From the NCBI GenBank assembly GCA_017455435.1, contig JAFTAU010000038.1, positions 2,284 to 66,283 on the forward strand: a stretch of DNA of 64,000 nt, given 5' to 3'. Made by a program: the position numbers and the translations under genes. Under the pieces are notes generated by a model. That model made no database searches, had not been told where the DNA came from, and was given only the letters and a program-made list of their open reading frames with translations. Within the stretch, counting starts at the first letter, position 1. Each line of letters opens with the position of its first letter. Below, in pieces: positions 46,593-56,582 of this stretch. The stretch comes from Lachnospiraceae bacterium (GTDB lineage: Bacteria; Bacillota; Clostridia; Lachnospirales; Lachnospiraceae).

Positions 46593-47306
46593 ATGGCATT
46601 ACTTGAAATCAAAGATATGGAAGTGTCCTATGGCTTTATCCGTGCAATAAAGGGCATTTCATTCTCAGTAGAAAAGGGCGAAATCATAGCGCTCATCGGC
46701 GCGAACGGCGCCGGCAAGACCACCACGCTGCACGCACTTTCCGGCATCATCCCCATCGCCGGCGGAAGCATTTCCTTTGACGGCAAAGACCTCGCAAAGG
46801 TTCCCGCTCACGAAAGAGTGGCAATGGGCATCGCCCAGGTTCCGGAGGGCAGAAGAGTATTCCAGCAGCTTACGGTTTACAAAAATCTCATGCTGGGCGC
46901 CTATGCCCGCAAAAACCAGGATGAGATAGCCGCTGACCTGGAAAACGTATTCGAGAGGTTCCCCAGACTAAAGGAGCGCAGAAACCAGATTGCCGGCACT
47001 CTTTCCGGCGGCGAACAGCAGATGCTGGCCATGGGCAGGGCTCTTATGTCAAAACCCGCCATTATGCTGCTCGACGAGCCCTCGATGGGATTATCACCTA
47101 TTCTCGTCTCGGAAATATTTGATATAATAAAAAAGATAAATGAGAGCGGCACCACCGTTCTGCTCGTTGAACAAAACGCCAAAAAAGCTCTTTCGATTGC
47201 GGACAGGGCATACGTTCTGGAAACCGGAAGCATTATTCTGTCCGGAAAGGCAAACGCGCTCATGAATGATGATTCTGTGCGCAAAGCTTACCTCGGTGAA
47301 TCATAA
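46593..47306 (+). CDS. livF: Branched-chain amino acid ABC ATPase (LivF type)
   Basis: Walker A GANGAGKTT, signature LSGGEQQMLA, Walker B LLDEPS. Confidence 0.9.
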   Translation: MALLEIKDMEVSYGFIRAIKGISFSVEKGEIIALIGANGAGKTTTLHALSGIIPIAGGSISFDGKDLAKVPAHERVAMGIAQVPEGRRVFQQLTVYKNLMLGAYARKNQDEIAADLENVFERFPRLKERRNQIAGTLSGGEQQMLAMGRALMSKPAIMLLDEPSMGLSPILVSEIFDIIKKINESGTTVLLVEQNAKKALSIADRAYVLETGSIILSGKANALMNDDSVRKAYLGES

Positions 47307-47319
47307 GGGAGGTGATTAT

Positions 47320-47934
47320 ATGGCAAATCTTGTAATTACGATAGCGAGAGGCTACGGAAGCAACGGAAAGCTCATCGGTAAAACGCTGGCAAAGGAACTC
47401 GGCATAGGTTTTTACGACAGGAACCTGCTCAGAGAAGCGAGCGAAGTCAGCGGAATATCAGAAGGGTTTTTCGGCATGAATGATGAAAAGGTGAAGTTCA
47501 GTCTCTTCAAGAAAAAGCCGGAAGTCAAGGACAATCCCCGCACTCCGGAAGATGACAAATATGTTTCGGACGACAACATCTTTAATCTTCAGGCGGCGCA
47601 TATCCGCACCATCGCCGAAAGAGAGTCATGCGTAATAGTCGGAAGATGCGCCGACACGGTTCTGAAAAATCACGACAACATTATCAGAATCTATATTTAC
47701 GCGTCTCCCAAGTACTGCATAAAGACCATAATGGATATGTACGGTGTGTCCCCGGGTGAAGCTGAAAAACTTATCAGAGAAACAGACAAAGAGCGCAGCG
47801 CGTACTACGAGCACTACACCGGAAAAAAATGGAACGATTTCTCCAATTATGATCTTTGCCTGAGCGCTTCCACACTGGGCGTGGAAAAATGTGTCAGTCT
47901 TATAAAGGACTATATCGAACTGAAAAACAGTTGA
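47320..47934 (+). CDS. Cytidylate-kinase-like family protein
   Basis: Start at ATG 47320. The stretch [26 protein letters not shown] is characteristic of the Cmk-like (non-Cmk) family. Confidence 0.7.
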   Translation: MANLVITIARGYGSNGKLIGKTLAKELGIGFYDRNLLREASEVSGISEGFFGMNDEKVKFSLFKKKPEVKDNPRTPEDDKYVSDDNIFNLQAAHIRTIAERESCVIVGRCADTVLKNHDNIIRIYIYASPKYCIKTIMDMYGVSPGEAEKLIRETDKERSAYYEHYTGKKWNDFSNYDLCLSASTLGVEKCVSLIKDYIELKNS

Positions 47935-47942
47935 GGTACTCA

Positions 47943-49079
47943 ATGGAAAAAGAACAATTTTTAGAGGCTCTCGAAAAGCTCATCGAAATCGGAAAGTCCA
48001 AAAACGGCGTTATCGACATTGACGAGGTAAACGATCTTTTTAAGGATGAGGATTTCACCGAGGATCAGATGGAGATTGTCTATTCTCACCTGCGCGATGC
48101 CGATATAGAGCTTGTACAGGAAATGAACGACGACCCGACGGCCGATGACGTTTTTGTCGATGACAATCTTGACGATTCTGACGACAGTCTCGACGATGCG
48201 GATGTTGCCGAAGAGGAGATAGACCTTTCGTCAATAGACCTTCTCGAAGGTGTCGGTACTGAGGATCCTGTCCGCATGTATCTAAAGGAAATCGGCGTTT
48301 ACCCGCTGCTGTCTCCGGAGGAAGAGCTGGAGCTCGCAAAGCGCAAGGCCGAAGGCGACGAAGAGGCAAAGGAGCGTCTGGTAAAGGCAAACCTGCGTCT
48401 GGTTGTCAGCATTGCAAAGCGCTACACCGGCAGAGGCATGAACTTCCTGGATCTTATTCAGGAAGGAAATCTCGGCCTCATGAAGGGCGTCGAAAAATTC
48501 GACTACACAAAGGGCTACAAGCTCAGTACCTACGCGACCTGGTGGATCAGACAGTCCGTGACCAGAGCGCTTGCGGATCAGGCCAGAACAATCCGCGTGC
48601 CCGTACACATGGTCGAGACCATCAACAAGATGTCAAAGACCCAGCGCCGTCTGACGCTGGAGCTGGGCTACGAGCCCTCCGTTGCTGAACTTGCAAAGGC
48701 CATGGACATCACAGAGGAAAAGGTCATGGAGATCATGCAGATCGCCAGAGAACCGGCCTCGCTTGAGACGCCCATCGGCGAAGAGGACGATTCAAACCTC
48801 GGCGATTTTGTCCCGGACAACAACACCGAAACTCCCGAGGGCAATATCGAAAAGGTTATGCTGCGCGAGCATATTACCGCCCTGCTCAGCGACCTGAAGG
48901 AAAGAGAAAGACAGGTTCTGATTCTCAGATACGGGCTGGAGGACGGACACCCCCGCACCCTCGAGGAAGTGGGAAGAGAGTTCAACGTCACCCGCGAGAG
49001 AATCAGACAGATCGAAGCCAAGGCCATTCGCAAACTCAAGGTACCGGTCAGAAGCAAAAAAATCAAAGATTTTCTTTAA
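47943..49079 (+). CDS. rpoD: Primary RNA polymerase sigma factor (SigA/RpoD)
   Basis: Start at ATG 47943. Acidic region 1, region 2 ([28 protein letters not shown]) and region 4 ([19 protein letters not shown]). Confidence 0.95.
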   Translation: MEKEQFLEALEKLIEIGKSKNGVIDIDEVNDLFKDEDFTEDQMEIVYSHLRDADIELVQEMNDDPTADDVFVDDNLDDSDDSLDDADVAEEEIDLSSIDLLEGVGTEDPVRMYLKEIGVYPLLSPEEELELAKRKAEGDEEAKERLVKANLRLVVSIAKRYTGRGMNFLDLIQEGNLGLMKGVEKFDYTKGYKLSTYATWWIRQSVTRALADQARTIRVPVHMVETINKMSKTQRRLTLELGYEPSVAELAKAMDITEEKVMEIMQIAREPASLETPIGEEDDSNLGDFVPDNNTETPEGNIEKVMLREHITALLSDLKERERQVLILRYGLEDGHPRTLEEVGREFNVTRERIRQIEAKAIRKLKVPVRSKKIKDFL

Positions 49080-49095
49080 TCAATAGCATGTGATT

Positions 49096-49139
49096 AAAAA
49101 CCGGCGCGGCCCGTTAGATGAGTTCGCGCCGGTTTTTTG
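49096..49139 (+). terminator. Rho-independent terminator after rpoD
   Basis: AAAAACCGGCGCG-loop-CGCGCCGGTTTTTT. Confidence 0.8.
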
Positions 49140-49160
49140 CGTCTGTTGAGCTGTACATTT

Positions 49161-49190
49161 TGAAACACACGGGGACAGTTCCCGTGTGTT
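49161..49190 (+). repeat. Left 30-bp direct repeat / hairpin flanking the rhuM cassette
   Basis: TGAAACACACGGGGACAGTTCCCGTGTGTT, which is 29/30 identical to 50290-50319. It forms a ~12-bp stem, here followed by TTTAAAAA. Confidence 0.85.
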
Positions 49191-49302
49191 TTAAAAATTG
49201 GATTGACATAGCAGCGGGAAAATGCAATATTATTTGCAAATGTTATAGGAGATTTGATATAACACAAGTGGATAGCCTCGGTGGCACAGGAGGTTTTTTG
49301 AT

Positions 49303-50292
49303 ATGGATAATTATGGAGAAATTGTTATTTACCAGACTGAGGATGGTTTTTCAAAAATTGAAGTCAATTTAAAAAATGAAACAGTATGGCTGTCGATTGA
49401 TCAGATGGCTGAACTGTTTCAGCGGGATAGAAGTGTTATTGGAAAGCATGTACGTAATATATTTAAAGAGGGTGAACTGAAAAAAGATTCAGTATGGGCA
49501 AAAATTGCCTACACTGCCGCCGATGGAAAAATATATGACGTAGATTTTTATAATTTGGATGTTATTATTTCCGTGGGCTATAGGGTTAAATCCTTTCGTG
49601 GCACACAATTTCGAATTTGGGCAAATTCGGTACTTAGGGAATACATAATCAAGGGATTTACAATTGACGACGAGCGCCTGAAGGGAAATGCCGGAGGAAA
49701 TTATTGGAAGGAACTTCTTGATCGAATCCGTGATATCCGTTCATCGGACAAGGTGCTTTATCGTCAGGTGTTAGATTTATATGCAACAAGCGTGGATTAT
49801 AATCCGAAGAGCGAAGAATCCATTCAGTTTTTTAAAATTGTACAAAACAAGCTCCATTATGCTGCCCATGGACATACTGCGGCAGAAGTGATTTATGAAC
49901 GTGCTGATGCGGAAAAGCCATTTATGGGATTGACATCTTTTTCTGGCGAGCTGCCTGCTCTTAAAGATATCGGAGTTGCAAAAAACTACTTGAAAGAAGA
50001 TGAACTAAAGGTTTTAAACAATCTTGTTTCCGGCTATTTTGATTTAGCTGAAATATCTGCCATAGAGCATAAACCGATGTATATGAGTGACTACGTGACA
50101 CAGCTGGACTCAATTCTTACTTCGGGAAACAGAAAACTTCTTACCGATGCAGGAAGTATAAGCCATGATCAAGCCATGAAGAAGGCAAAGGATGAATACA
50201 GAAAATATCAGGAGATAACGCTGTCTCCTGTTGAAGAAGAGTATCTAAAGAGTATTAAAGAAGTGGAAAAAGAGGCCAAAAAGAAAAACTGA
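49303..50292 (+). CDS. rhuM: RhuM-family protein (virulence/defence-island-associated, function unknown)
   Basis: N-terminus IVIYQTEDG..K.EV.L..ETVWL...QMAELFQ.DR.VI.KH..NIFKEGEL, then YNLDVIISVGYRVKS.RGTQFRIWA. Visibly AT-rich compared with its neighbours. Confidence 0.85.
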   Translation: MDNYGEIVIYQTEDGFSKIEVNLKNETVWLSIDQMAELFQRDRSVIGKHVRNIFKEGELKKDSVWAKIAYTAADGKIYDVDFYNLDVIISVGYRVKSFRGTQFRIWANSVLREYIIKGFTIDDERLKGNAGGNYWKELLDRIRDIRSSDKVLYRQVLDLYATSVDYNPKSEESIQFFKIVQNKLHYAAHGHTAAEVIYERADAEKPFMGLTSFSGELPALKDIGVAKNYLKEDELKVLNNLVSGYFDLAEISAIEHKPMYMSDYVTQLDSILTSGNRKLLTDAGSISHDQAMKKAKDEYRKYQEITLSPVEEEYLKSIKEVEKEAKKKN

Positions 50293-50319
50293 AACACACG
50301 GGGACAGTCCCCGTGTGTT
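50290..50319 (+). repeat. Right 30-bp direct repeat / hairpin flanking the rhuM cassette
   Basis: TGAAACACACGGGGACAGTCCCCGTGTGTT. Its first three bases are the rhuM TGA stop. Confidence 0.85.
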
Positions 50320-50330
50320 ACACACGACAT

Positions 50331-50372
50331 AAAACAAGGCTGTGAGATTCAAAACTCACAGCCTTGATTTTA
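50331..50372. terminator. Bidirectional terminator hairpin between rhuM (+) and the disrupted ggt (-)
   Basis: Perfect 12-bp stem CAAGGCTGTGAG-ATTCAAAA-CTCACAGCCTTG, flanked by AAAA and ATTTTA. Confidence 0.7.
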
Positions 50373-50394
50373 AATCACGTGTTCTTCGTAAGGC

Positions 50395-52239
50395 TTAATA
50401 CGCCAGGGCTTTGCCGCTTCTTCTCGGGTCGGCGCCGCCCCTGACGGTGCCGTCGCCGTTGAGCGCTATGGCCTGGACGCCGCCGAAATAATTGTCATAG
50501 GCGGCCTTGTCAACGAGGGTATATCCCATATCTTCGAGAGCTTTCATGGCGCTTTCGCTCAGGGGATAAACCGAATCTTCGGTAGTCCTCTCGTAGTGCA
50601 GCTCTGTTTCGCTGTCCGCCCACACCCTGGTGGTATTGATGGCTTCCTGTACGTCCATATCAAAATCTATCATGCGCTCTATCACCTGGGCCACCACGGA
50701 GAATATTCTGGTGCCGCCCGGCGTTCCTACGGTGAGGAACGGCTCATTGTCGGGAGTCAGAACCACGGTGGGAGTGATGCAGGAAAGAGGACGGGCACCG
50801 GGCTTTGCGCAGTTTACGGACTCCGGATCCAGACTGAAATCGTACATTTCGTTATTGAGAATGAATCCGTATCCGGGGACGGCTATCTTGCTGCCGTAAA
50901 AATCGCCGATGGTCTGCGTGCAGGTGACCATATTTCCGTCCTTGTCAATGATTGAATATGAAGTGGTGGAGCCATGTTCAAAGGCTGCCGGGTCCGCCGC
51001 GGTGTACTTTCCGTTTCCGGCGTCAATGCCGTCAAATCTCTGCTTGGCGTATTCCTTGGAAGTCAGCCCGTCAAGGACGCTTTGCTCCACATTCTCGTAC
51101 ATATACTCGGCTCTGTCGGCGAAAGCGATCTTTGTAGCTTCCGCGATGGCGTGAATATATTCGGGGCTGTTTATCTCCATGGTCGCAAGGTCATAGTTTT
51201 CCAGAATATTGAGGATCTCAATGAGGTGCGTGCCGCCCGAGGATGAGGGCGGAAGAGAATAAACCTTGTAATCGCGGTAAGTGGAAGAGAGAGGCGTGCG
51301 GTGTTCGACTTTATATGAGGAAAAGTCTTCCTTTGTGATGTGCCCGCCGTAGCCGTTTACCGATCCCACTATCGCGTCCGCGATCTCGCCGCTGTAAAAG
51401 ACCTCCGGCCCCTGCTCGGCGATAAGTCTGTAAGTTTTTGCCAGGTCAGGATTTGTGATGACCTCGCCCGTTTCGTATGCCCATCCGTCGTTCAGATAAT
51501 ATTCTGAAAGCTCCTTCATCGCGGATATCTGGGTGTATTCCTCGTTGGAGGCTTCTTCCATCATGGGCATGCACAGATAGCCTTCCTCAGCGTACTTTAT
51601 TCCGTCCGCCATCAGCATTGCTCTGGTGAAATTGCCAGAGCCGTAACTGTTCAGAGCCTCTTCGAGCCCCGCGATCTCTCCGGGCACGGCCACGGCCAGC
51701 CCGCCGAGACGGTTCAGTCTGGAATAAGCTCCCGTCAGGGTAGCGCCCTCTTCCGTGGTATAGTACATGATGTTTCCGTCAGCGTCGAGCCACTGCCTCG
51801 CGTCGGTGGCGGCGGGCGCCGTTTCACGGAAGTCCAGCATAATTACCTCTCCCGTATCGGCCTTGTAGATGGTCATATAGCCGCCTCCGCCGATGCCTGA
51901 GGTGTAGGGCTCCACAACGCCGAGAGTGTACGAAACCGCGACAGCCGCGTCCACCGCGTTTCCGCCGGATTACAAAACCTCGAGGCCGGCCTTTGAAGCG
52001 TACCAGCTCGAAGATGCCACGGCCGCCTCCTTTCCGGTGGCGTCTCTGTCGGTCAGGATGACCTTCCCGTCCGAGTCATAGGGAACCCAGACGGCGTTTT
52101 CGTCTTCGGTTTCCTTTTCGCCCGTGCTTTCCGCCTCGGAAGTCGGGGCGTTTGTCGTCTCGTCGGAGTTTCCTCCGCAGCCGATGGCGGAGAACACCAT
52201 AGCCAGCGCCAAAAGCAAAGAAACAAATCTGATTTTCAT
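50395..52239 (-). pseudogene. ggt: Gamma-glutamyltransferase paralogue (lipoprotein) interrupted by one in-frame TAA
   Basis: Track ORFs 51970..52284 and 50395..51954 are in the same frame. Read-through translation gives ...ASKAGLEVL*SGGNAVDAAVAVSYTLGVVEP..., with the stop (51970-51972) aligned to the Gln of LDILQAGGNAIDAAVA in the intact paralogue. Lipobox SAIGC follows the ATG at 52239. Confidence 0.75.
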
Positions 52240-52516
52240 AATCATCATTCCTTTCAGTTTAATAATTCCTCTCTGTAAGAACAATTATTCCCTTCCATTA
52301 TATTTCACCGAAAATGAAAAAACAAATACAATCATTGTCAAAAAAATGCCAATCGCCACAACGAAAAAATCCGAAGTTTTTGTATGACAACACTTCAGTT
52401 TTTTAATGATTTAGCATAATGATATTCATTTTAAAATGTTGCAAACAAAAGGAATTGTATTGTATAATAATTAAACAATTCTATGTTCGTTTTTATGTGA
52501 AAATACAGGAGATAAA

Positions 52517-54412
52517 ATGAAAATAATAACCAGAATTCTCAGCTTGTTTCTCGTTCTTTCCATGCTTCTTTCCGCCGCTGCCTGCGGAGGCGGTGACGAA
52601 GGCGCCACCACGTCCGCTCAGTCGCAGGAATCCGAAAGCGCGGGTGAATCCACAGAGGTCGCTCCCGCCGTGGAAGGCGACGAATTCGGAAACGCCGCTG
52701 TCGGAAAAAACGGCGCGGTCTCCAGCTACAACGAGATTTCCTCTCAGATAGGTCTTGATATTCTTCAGGCGGGCGGAAACGCCATCGACGCGGCGGTCGC
52801 CACTGCTCTCGCGGTAGGCGTCGTAGAGCCTCACCACAGCGGCATCGGCGGTTCGGGCCTCATGACCATTTATCTCGCTGAAGAAGACAGATACACCACT
52901 ATCGAGTATCTCGAAAACATTCCCGGAAACGTAGAGTCGGACTACTACCTCAAAAACCGCAACATCGAGACTCCCAGAGCCGCCGGCGTGCCCGGACAGG
53001 TGGCGGGTCTCGCTATGGCCCTCGAAAAATACGGCACCATGAGCTGGCACGACATTCTCCAGCCCATCATAAAGCTCTGCCGTGAAGGCTTCCCGATTGA
53101 CGAGGTCGCTGCCGGCGCTATGGCGGACGGCTATGAGAAGTTCAGCAAAGAAGGAAAAGAATACCTCTTTGAGCTCTTTACCGACGACGGCTTCCCCTAT
53201 GCCGAGGGCGATATCTTCAAGAACGAAGACCTCGGGAACACATTTGAGACTCTTGCGGAAAAAGGCTGGCAGGATTTCTACACCGGCTCCATCGCCGAGA
53301 AAATCTCAGCGGATTTCAAGGCCAACGATGCAGCAATGTCCATGGAGGATCTGGCCAATTATTACGCCGCCGAGAGAGAACCCATCGTTACCAATTACTA
53401 CGGCTACGACGTGGTCACGGTTGCCAATCCCTCCGTCGGAGGAACGCTCCTCATCGGCGCGCTCAATATCATGGAGCAGCTCGGAATAAAAGACATCGAG
53501 CAGGGCACTGCCGACTACTGGAAGGTATTCAACGAATCCGTCCGTCTCGCCACGAACCCCGCATATACCTATTCGGGCGACCCGGCGTTTTACAACATGC
53601 CTTCCGAGACTCTCTGCTCAAAAGAATACGCCGCGGACAGAGCAAAGCTCTACAATCCCAAGGCCGCTCTTGACCCGCTTCCCGACGCGGACCTCGAGTA
53701 TTCCAAAAATGAAGTTCCTTCACTCACGGGAAAAGCCATCGCCGTCACTCCCACAAAGAACCCCCTTGTGTCCAATATTCCCGTCGTGGGCGAAACAGTC
53801 AGCGGCACTTCACAGCCCGACACCATAGACCAGGGCGGAAACACCACCCATATCGCAGTCATTGACGCGCAGGGCAATATCGTTTCCACCACAAACACAG
53901 TAGGCCTTTCATGGGGCTGCTACCACGCCACACCCGGCCTCGGCTTTATTTACAACACTCACCTCAACAACGTTTCGTGGACCACTGAATCCAGCCCGGA
54001 TTACTTTGCCGACGCAGGAAAGAGAGTACGTTCCACCATGTCGCCCACCATCGTTGTAAAGGACGGACAGCCCATCATGGCGGTCGGTTCTCCCGGCTCC
54101 ACGGTTATCCCGCCCGTTATCGCGAATATCATAAACAATGTTCTGCTTTATGATATGAACATTCAGCAGGCCATCAACGCTCCCAGAGCGCTCGTCATCG
54201 ACAGACCTTACGTTGATATGTCGGGAGAGCAGGGACGAATGGACAAAAAGACCGTCAGACTGCTCGAGGTATTCGGATATGTATTCAAAAATACCATTTC
54301 CGATTATGACGCCGTCTGCGGAGGAGTAGCCGCCATCACAATCGACAAGGAATCCGGTACGATAACGGCCGGAGGAGACCCCCGTCGCGATTACAAGGCC
54401 CTTGCCTATTAA
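52517..54412 (+). CDS. ggt: Gamma-glutamyltransferase-family protein (lipoprotein, intact)
   Basis: Lipobox SAAAC. Motif GGNAIDAAVA....GVVEPH.SGIGG, and an autoprocessing-site region GGNTTHIAVID..GN.VS.T.T. Confidence 0.9.
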   Translation: MKIITRILSLFLVLSMLLSAAACGGGDEGATTSAQSQESESAGESTEVAPAVEGDEFGNAAVGKNGAVSSYNEISSQIGLDILQAGGNAIDAAVATALAVGVVEPHHSGIGGSGLMTIYLAEEDRYTTIEYLENIPGNVESDYYLKNRNIETPRAAGVPGQVAGLAMALEKYGTMSWHDILQPIIKLCREGFPIDEVAAGAMADGYEKFSKEGKEYLFELFTDDGFPYAEGDIFKNEDLGNTFETLAEKGWQDFYTGSIAEKISADFKANDAAMSMEDLANYYAAEREPIVTNYYGYDVVTVANPSVGGTLLIGALNIMEQLGIKDIEQGTADYWKVFNESVRLATNPAYTYSGDPAFYNMPSETLCSKEYAADRAKLYNPKAALDPLPDADLEYSKNEVPSLTGKAIAVTPTKNPLVSNIPVVGETVSGTSQPDTIDQGGNTTHIAVIDAQGNIVSTTNTVGLSWGCYHATPGLGFIYNTHLNNVSWTTESSPDYFADAGKRVRSTMSPTIVVKDGQPIMAVGSPGSTVIPPVIANIINNVLLYDMNIQQAINAPRALVIDRPYVDMSGEQGRMDKKTVRLLEVFGYVFKNTISDYDAVCGGVAAITIDKESGTITAGGDPRRDYKALAY

Positions 54413-54460
54413 TTTAAAAAAATTTTTTTGATAATATTATTATCATCAGGAGGAAAGATT

Positions 54461-55093
54461 ATGAAAAAGCTTTTAGCAGTTCTTCTTGCTGCGATTATGG
54501 TTCTCGGAATGGCCGCTTGCGGCGATACGGCTGAAACCACCACCGCGGCTCCCGACACCCAGGCCACAGATGACACCACTAAGGCTGCGGACGACACCAC
54601 TGCCGAAGCCGCTCAGTACACGACAAAGATCGTTGCTCCGGCTGTCATCACCACTATCGGACAGGCTGACATCGACGTTGGAAAACAGGTTCTCAAAAAA
54701 GCCGGCGTTGAATTCACCGAAGACGACAAACTTGCTGCCGACGCGGTCGGCAACTACGGCACCATCTTTATGGTTATCGGAGCTTCCAAAAAAGGCCTTG
54801 GCGCTGCCGGCATCAGTGTTGAAGATGAAGTAGCCCGTGCAAACGCCGTTATCGACGCTGCAAAGGCTGCCGGAAAGCAGATTATCGCCATGCATCTCGG
54901 AGGTGAAGACCGTCGCGGCGGACAGTCCGATCAGATTATCGACGCGGTTATTGTAAAGGCTGACTTTGTCGTAGTAGCCGGCACCGGAAACGCCGACGGT
55001 CATTTCACTCAGACCCTGTCCGGCATCGGAATCCCGATCACCGTTGTTGACAACACCAAAGCGGCTGTTGACGTTATAGCTGCGCTTCTGTAA
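54461..55093 (+). CDS. Uncharacterised lipoprotein with a Thr/Ala/Asp-rich linker and an alpha/beta domain; candidate solute-binding partner of the downstream permease
   Basis: AGGAGGAAAG RBS and ATG at 54461, lipobox GMAAC, low-complexity linker ETTTAAPDTQATDDTTKAADDTTAEAA. No family recognised. Confidence 0.6.
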   Translation: MKKLLAVLLAAIMVLGMAACGDTAETTTAAPDTQATDDTTKAADDTTAEAAQYTTKIVAPAVITTIGQADIDVGKQVLKKAGVEFTEDDKLAADAVGNYGTIFMVIGASKKGLGAAGISVEDEVARANAVIDAAKAAGKQIIAMHLGGEDRRGGQSDQIIDAVIVKADFVVVAGTGNADGHFTQTLSGIGIPITVVDNTKAAVDVIAALL

Positions 55094-55107
55094 TTACCAC
55101 CGTACTG

Positions 55108-55148
55108 ACGGCTCCGGTGTTTAGCTATACCGGAGCCGTAGTTTGTTT
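55108..55148 (+). promoter_or_regulatory. Perfect 11-bp hairpin plus T-rich tail between the lipoprotein and permease genes (partial terminator or attenuator)
   Basis: ACGGCTCCGGT-10 nt-ACCGGAGCCGT followed by AGTTTGTTT. Same placement as the hairpin after the liv binding-protein gene. Confidence 0.55.
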
Positions 55149-55169
55149 AAAGAACAAGGAGGAACTGTT

Positions 55170-56570
55170 TTGGATCAGGAACTGATTATCTTATTGGTAA
55201 TGATAGGGACTTTCCTGCTCAGCAATTTTTTGCTCCATTTCCCCGTCAGTCTCGGTATGGCTCTTTCCGCCGTACTCGGCGCCGTTGTTTACGGCATTTG
55301 CGGCGGAGACATTTCTGAGCTCGGAAGACATCTGTTTGAAGGAACGTTTACATATTTGGACACCGTTCTGATCATCGCGATGGCAATGATCTTCATGACG
55401 TTTATCCAGGAGTCGGGCACAATGGGCGCTCTGAACAACGCCATAGTAACGCGTTTCTACAAAAAGCCCGTCATTATGCTTATCCTCTTGATGATTATCG
55501 TCATGTTCCCCGGTATGATTACCGGTTCGTCAACGGCGGGCGTTCTTGCCGCGGGTTCAATCGTCGCGCCTATTCTTATTCTGATAGGTGTTCCTAAGGA
55601 TAAGACCGGCGCGGTTATCGCGGTGGGAGCCATCCTCGGTATGGCGGCACCGCCCGTCAACATCCCCGCGCTGCTTATAGCGGGCGGCGTCGATATGCCT
55701 TTCTCGGGCTTTGACGTACCGCTGCTTCTCATCACGCTCATTCTCGGTATATTCACAGTGCTTTTTATCTGTATGAAGTATTGCCGGAATATCAATATCG
55801 AAGAATTAAAGCCCCATCTTGATTCTGAGACAGGAAAGAAATACGGCTTCAAAGTTTACATTCCCGTTATCGTTCTGGCGCTCATTCTGATCATCAGAAT
55901 GGTTCCCAGCATTCTTTCCATTTTTGGCGCGACCGGAGGCTTTGTAGACTGGTTCACGCAGTTCGCCAGCAAGATAGCGGCCATAGCGATGCCGCTCACC
56001 TTCCTTATCTGCGCGCTGCTTGCCATCATCCCCGGCTTCGGCAAAAAGTTCAACATTATCAAATCCTGCAAGAACGCGATCAACACCACTATTCCGGTTC
56101 TCGGAAAGCTGATGGGCGTTGGAATGTTCATTCAGATTCTTACTTTGACCGGAGCCAGAGGCTGGATCGTTCAGGCTTGCTTAAAGCTTGCCTCGCTCGG
56201 CGGAGCGCAGGAGACGTTTGCCATCGGCACCGTACTTCTGCTTCTCGCCATAGCCATTGTCTGCCCGGCGTTCGGCGCGGTTTCTTCTTACGGATCGGCG
56301 ACGGTTCTCGGCGTTCCTTTCCTTATCGTTCTGATGGACGTAAAGTTCCCGGCCTCGTCTGAGATAATAATGGCGTGCGCGCTTTCCACCATCGTCTGCT
56401 GCGGAGACCTTATGCCACCCACCGCCCTGTCCGGAAACTACGCGGCGGAGCTGGTAGGTGAAAAATACTCAAAGGTTCTGAAACACGTTGTGGTTCCCGT
56501 GGTCGTAAGCATAGTATTCTGCCTTGCCGTCCTGCTGCTGGCGGAACCGCTCAAATTCCTGGCGCGTTAA
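55170..56570 (+). CDS. Ion-transporter-superfamily permease resembling the TRAP large subunit DctM
   Basis: Probable TTG start at 55170, 8 nt after AAGGAGG. Polytopic ~466-aa protein. The segment GMITGSSTAGVLAAGSIVAPIL...G.....GAVIAVGAILGMAAPP parallels the DctM pattern (GS..A......G.I..P.M...G......G.I...G.LG...PPS). Confidence 0.55.
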   Translation: MDQELIILLVMIGTFLLSNFLLHFPVSLGMALSAVLGAVVYGICGGDISELGRHLFEGTFTYLDTVLIIAMAMIFMTFIQESGTMGALNNAIVTRFYKKPVIMLILLMIIVMFPGMITGSSTAGVLAAGSIVAPILILIGVPKDKTGAVIAVGAILGMAAPPVNIPALLIAGGVDMPFSGFDVPLLLITLILGIFTVLFICMKYCRNINIEELKPHLDSETGKKYGFKVYIPVIVLALILIIRMVPSILSIFGATGGFVDWFTQFASKIAAIAMPLTFLICALLAIIPGFGKKFNIIKSCKNAINTTIPVLGKLMGVGMFIQILTLTGARGWIVQACLKLASLGGAQETFAIGTVLLLLAIAIVCPAFGAVSSYGSATVLGVPFLIVLMDVKFPASSEIIMACALSTIVCCGDLMPPTALSGNYAAELVGEKYSKVLKHVVVPVVVSIVFCLAVLLLAEPLKFLAR

Positions 56571-56582
56571 GGAGGTAATGAC

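Noticed and set aside
49161-50319. Interpreting the rhuM cassette as an integron gene cassette with attC sites
   Set aside because: No intI integrase or attI is nearby. The 30-bp hairpins are shorter than attC sites and lack the R''/R' GTTRRRY core arrangement. The cassette also carries its own promoter, unlike typical integron cassettes.
51970-51972. Programmed read-through or genetic-code reassignment of the TAA in the ggt paralogue
   Set aside because: TAA is used as a normal terminator by many genes in this window (for example rhaB, pta and rpoD). No recoding signals are evident, and bacterial TAA-to-Gln reassignment is not established. A nonsense mutation or sequencing error is the simpler explanation.
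55143-55169. Using the track start (TTG at 55143) for the DctM-like permease
   Set aside because: That start lies inside the T-rich tail of the upstream hairpin and has no RBS. The in-frame TTG at 55170 sits 8 nt after AAGGAGG and immediately precedes the first TM segment, so it is preferred, although it remains unverified.
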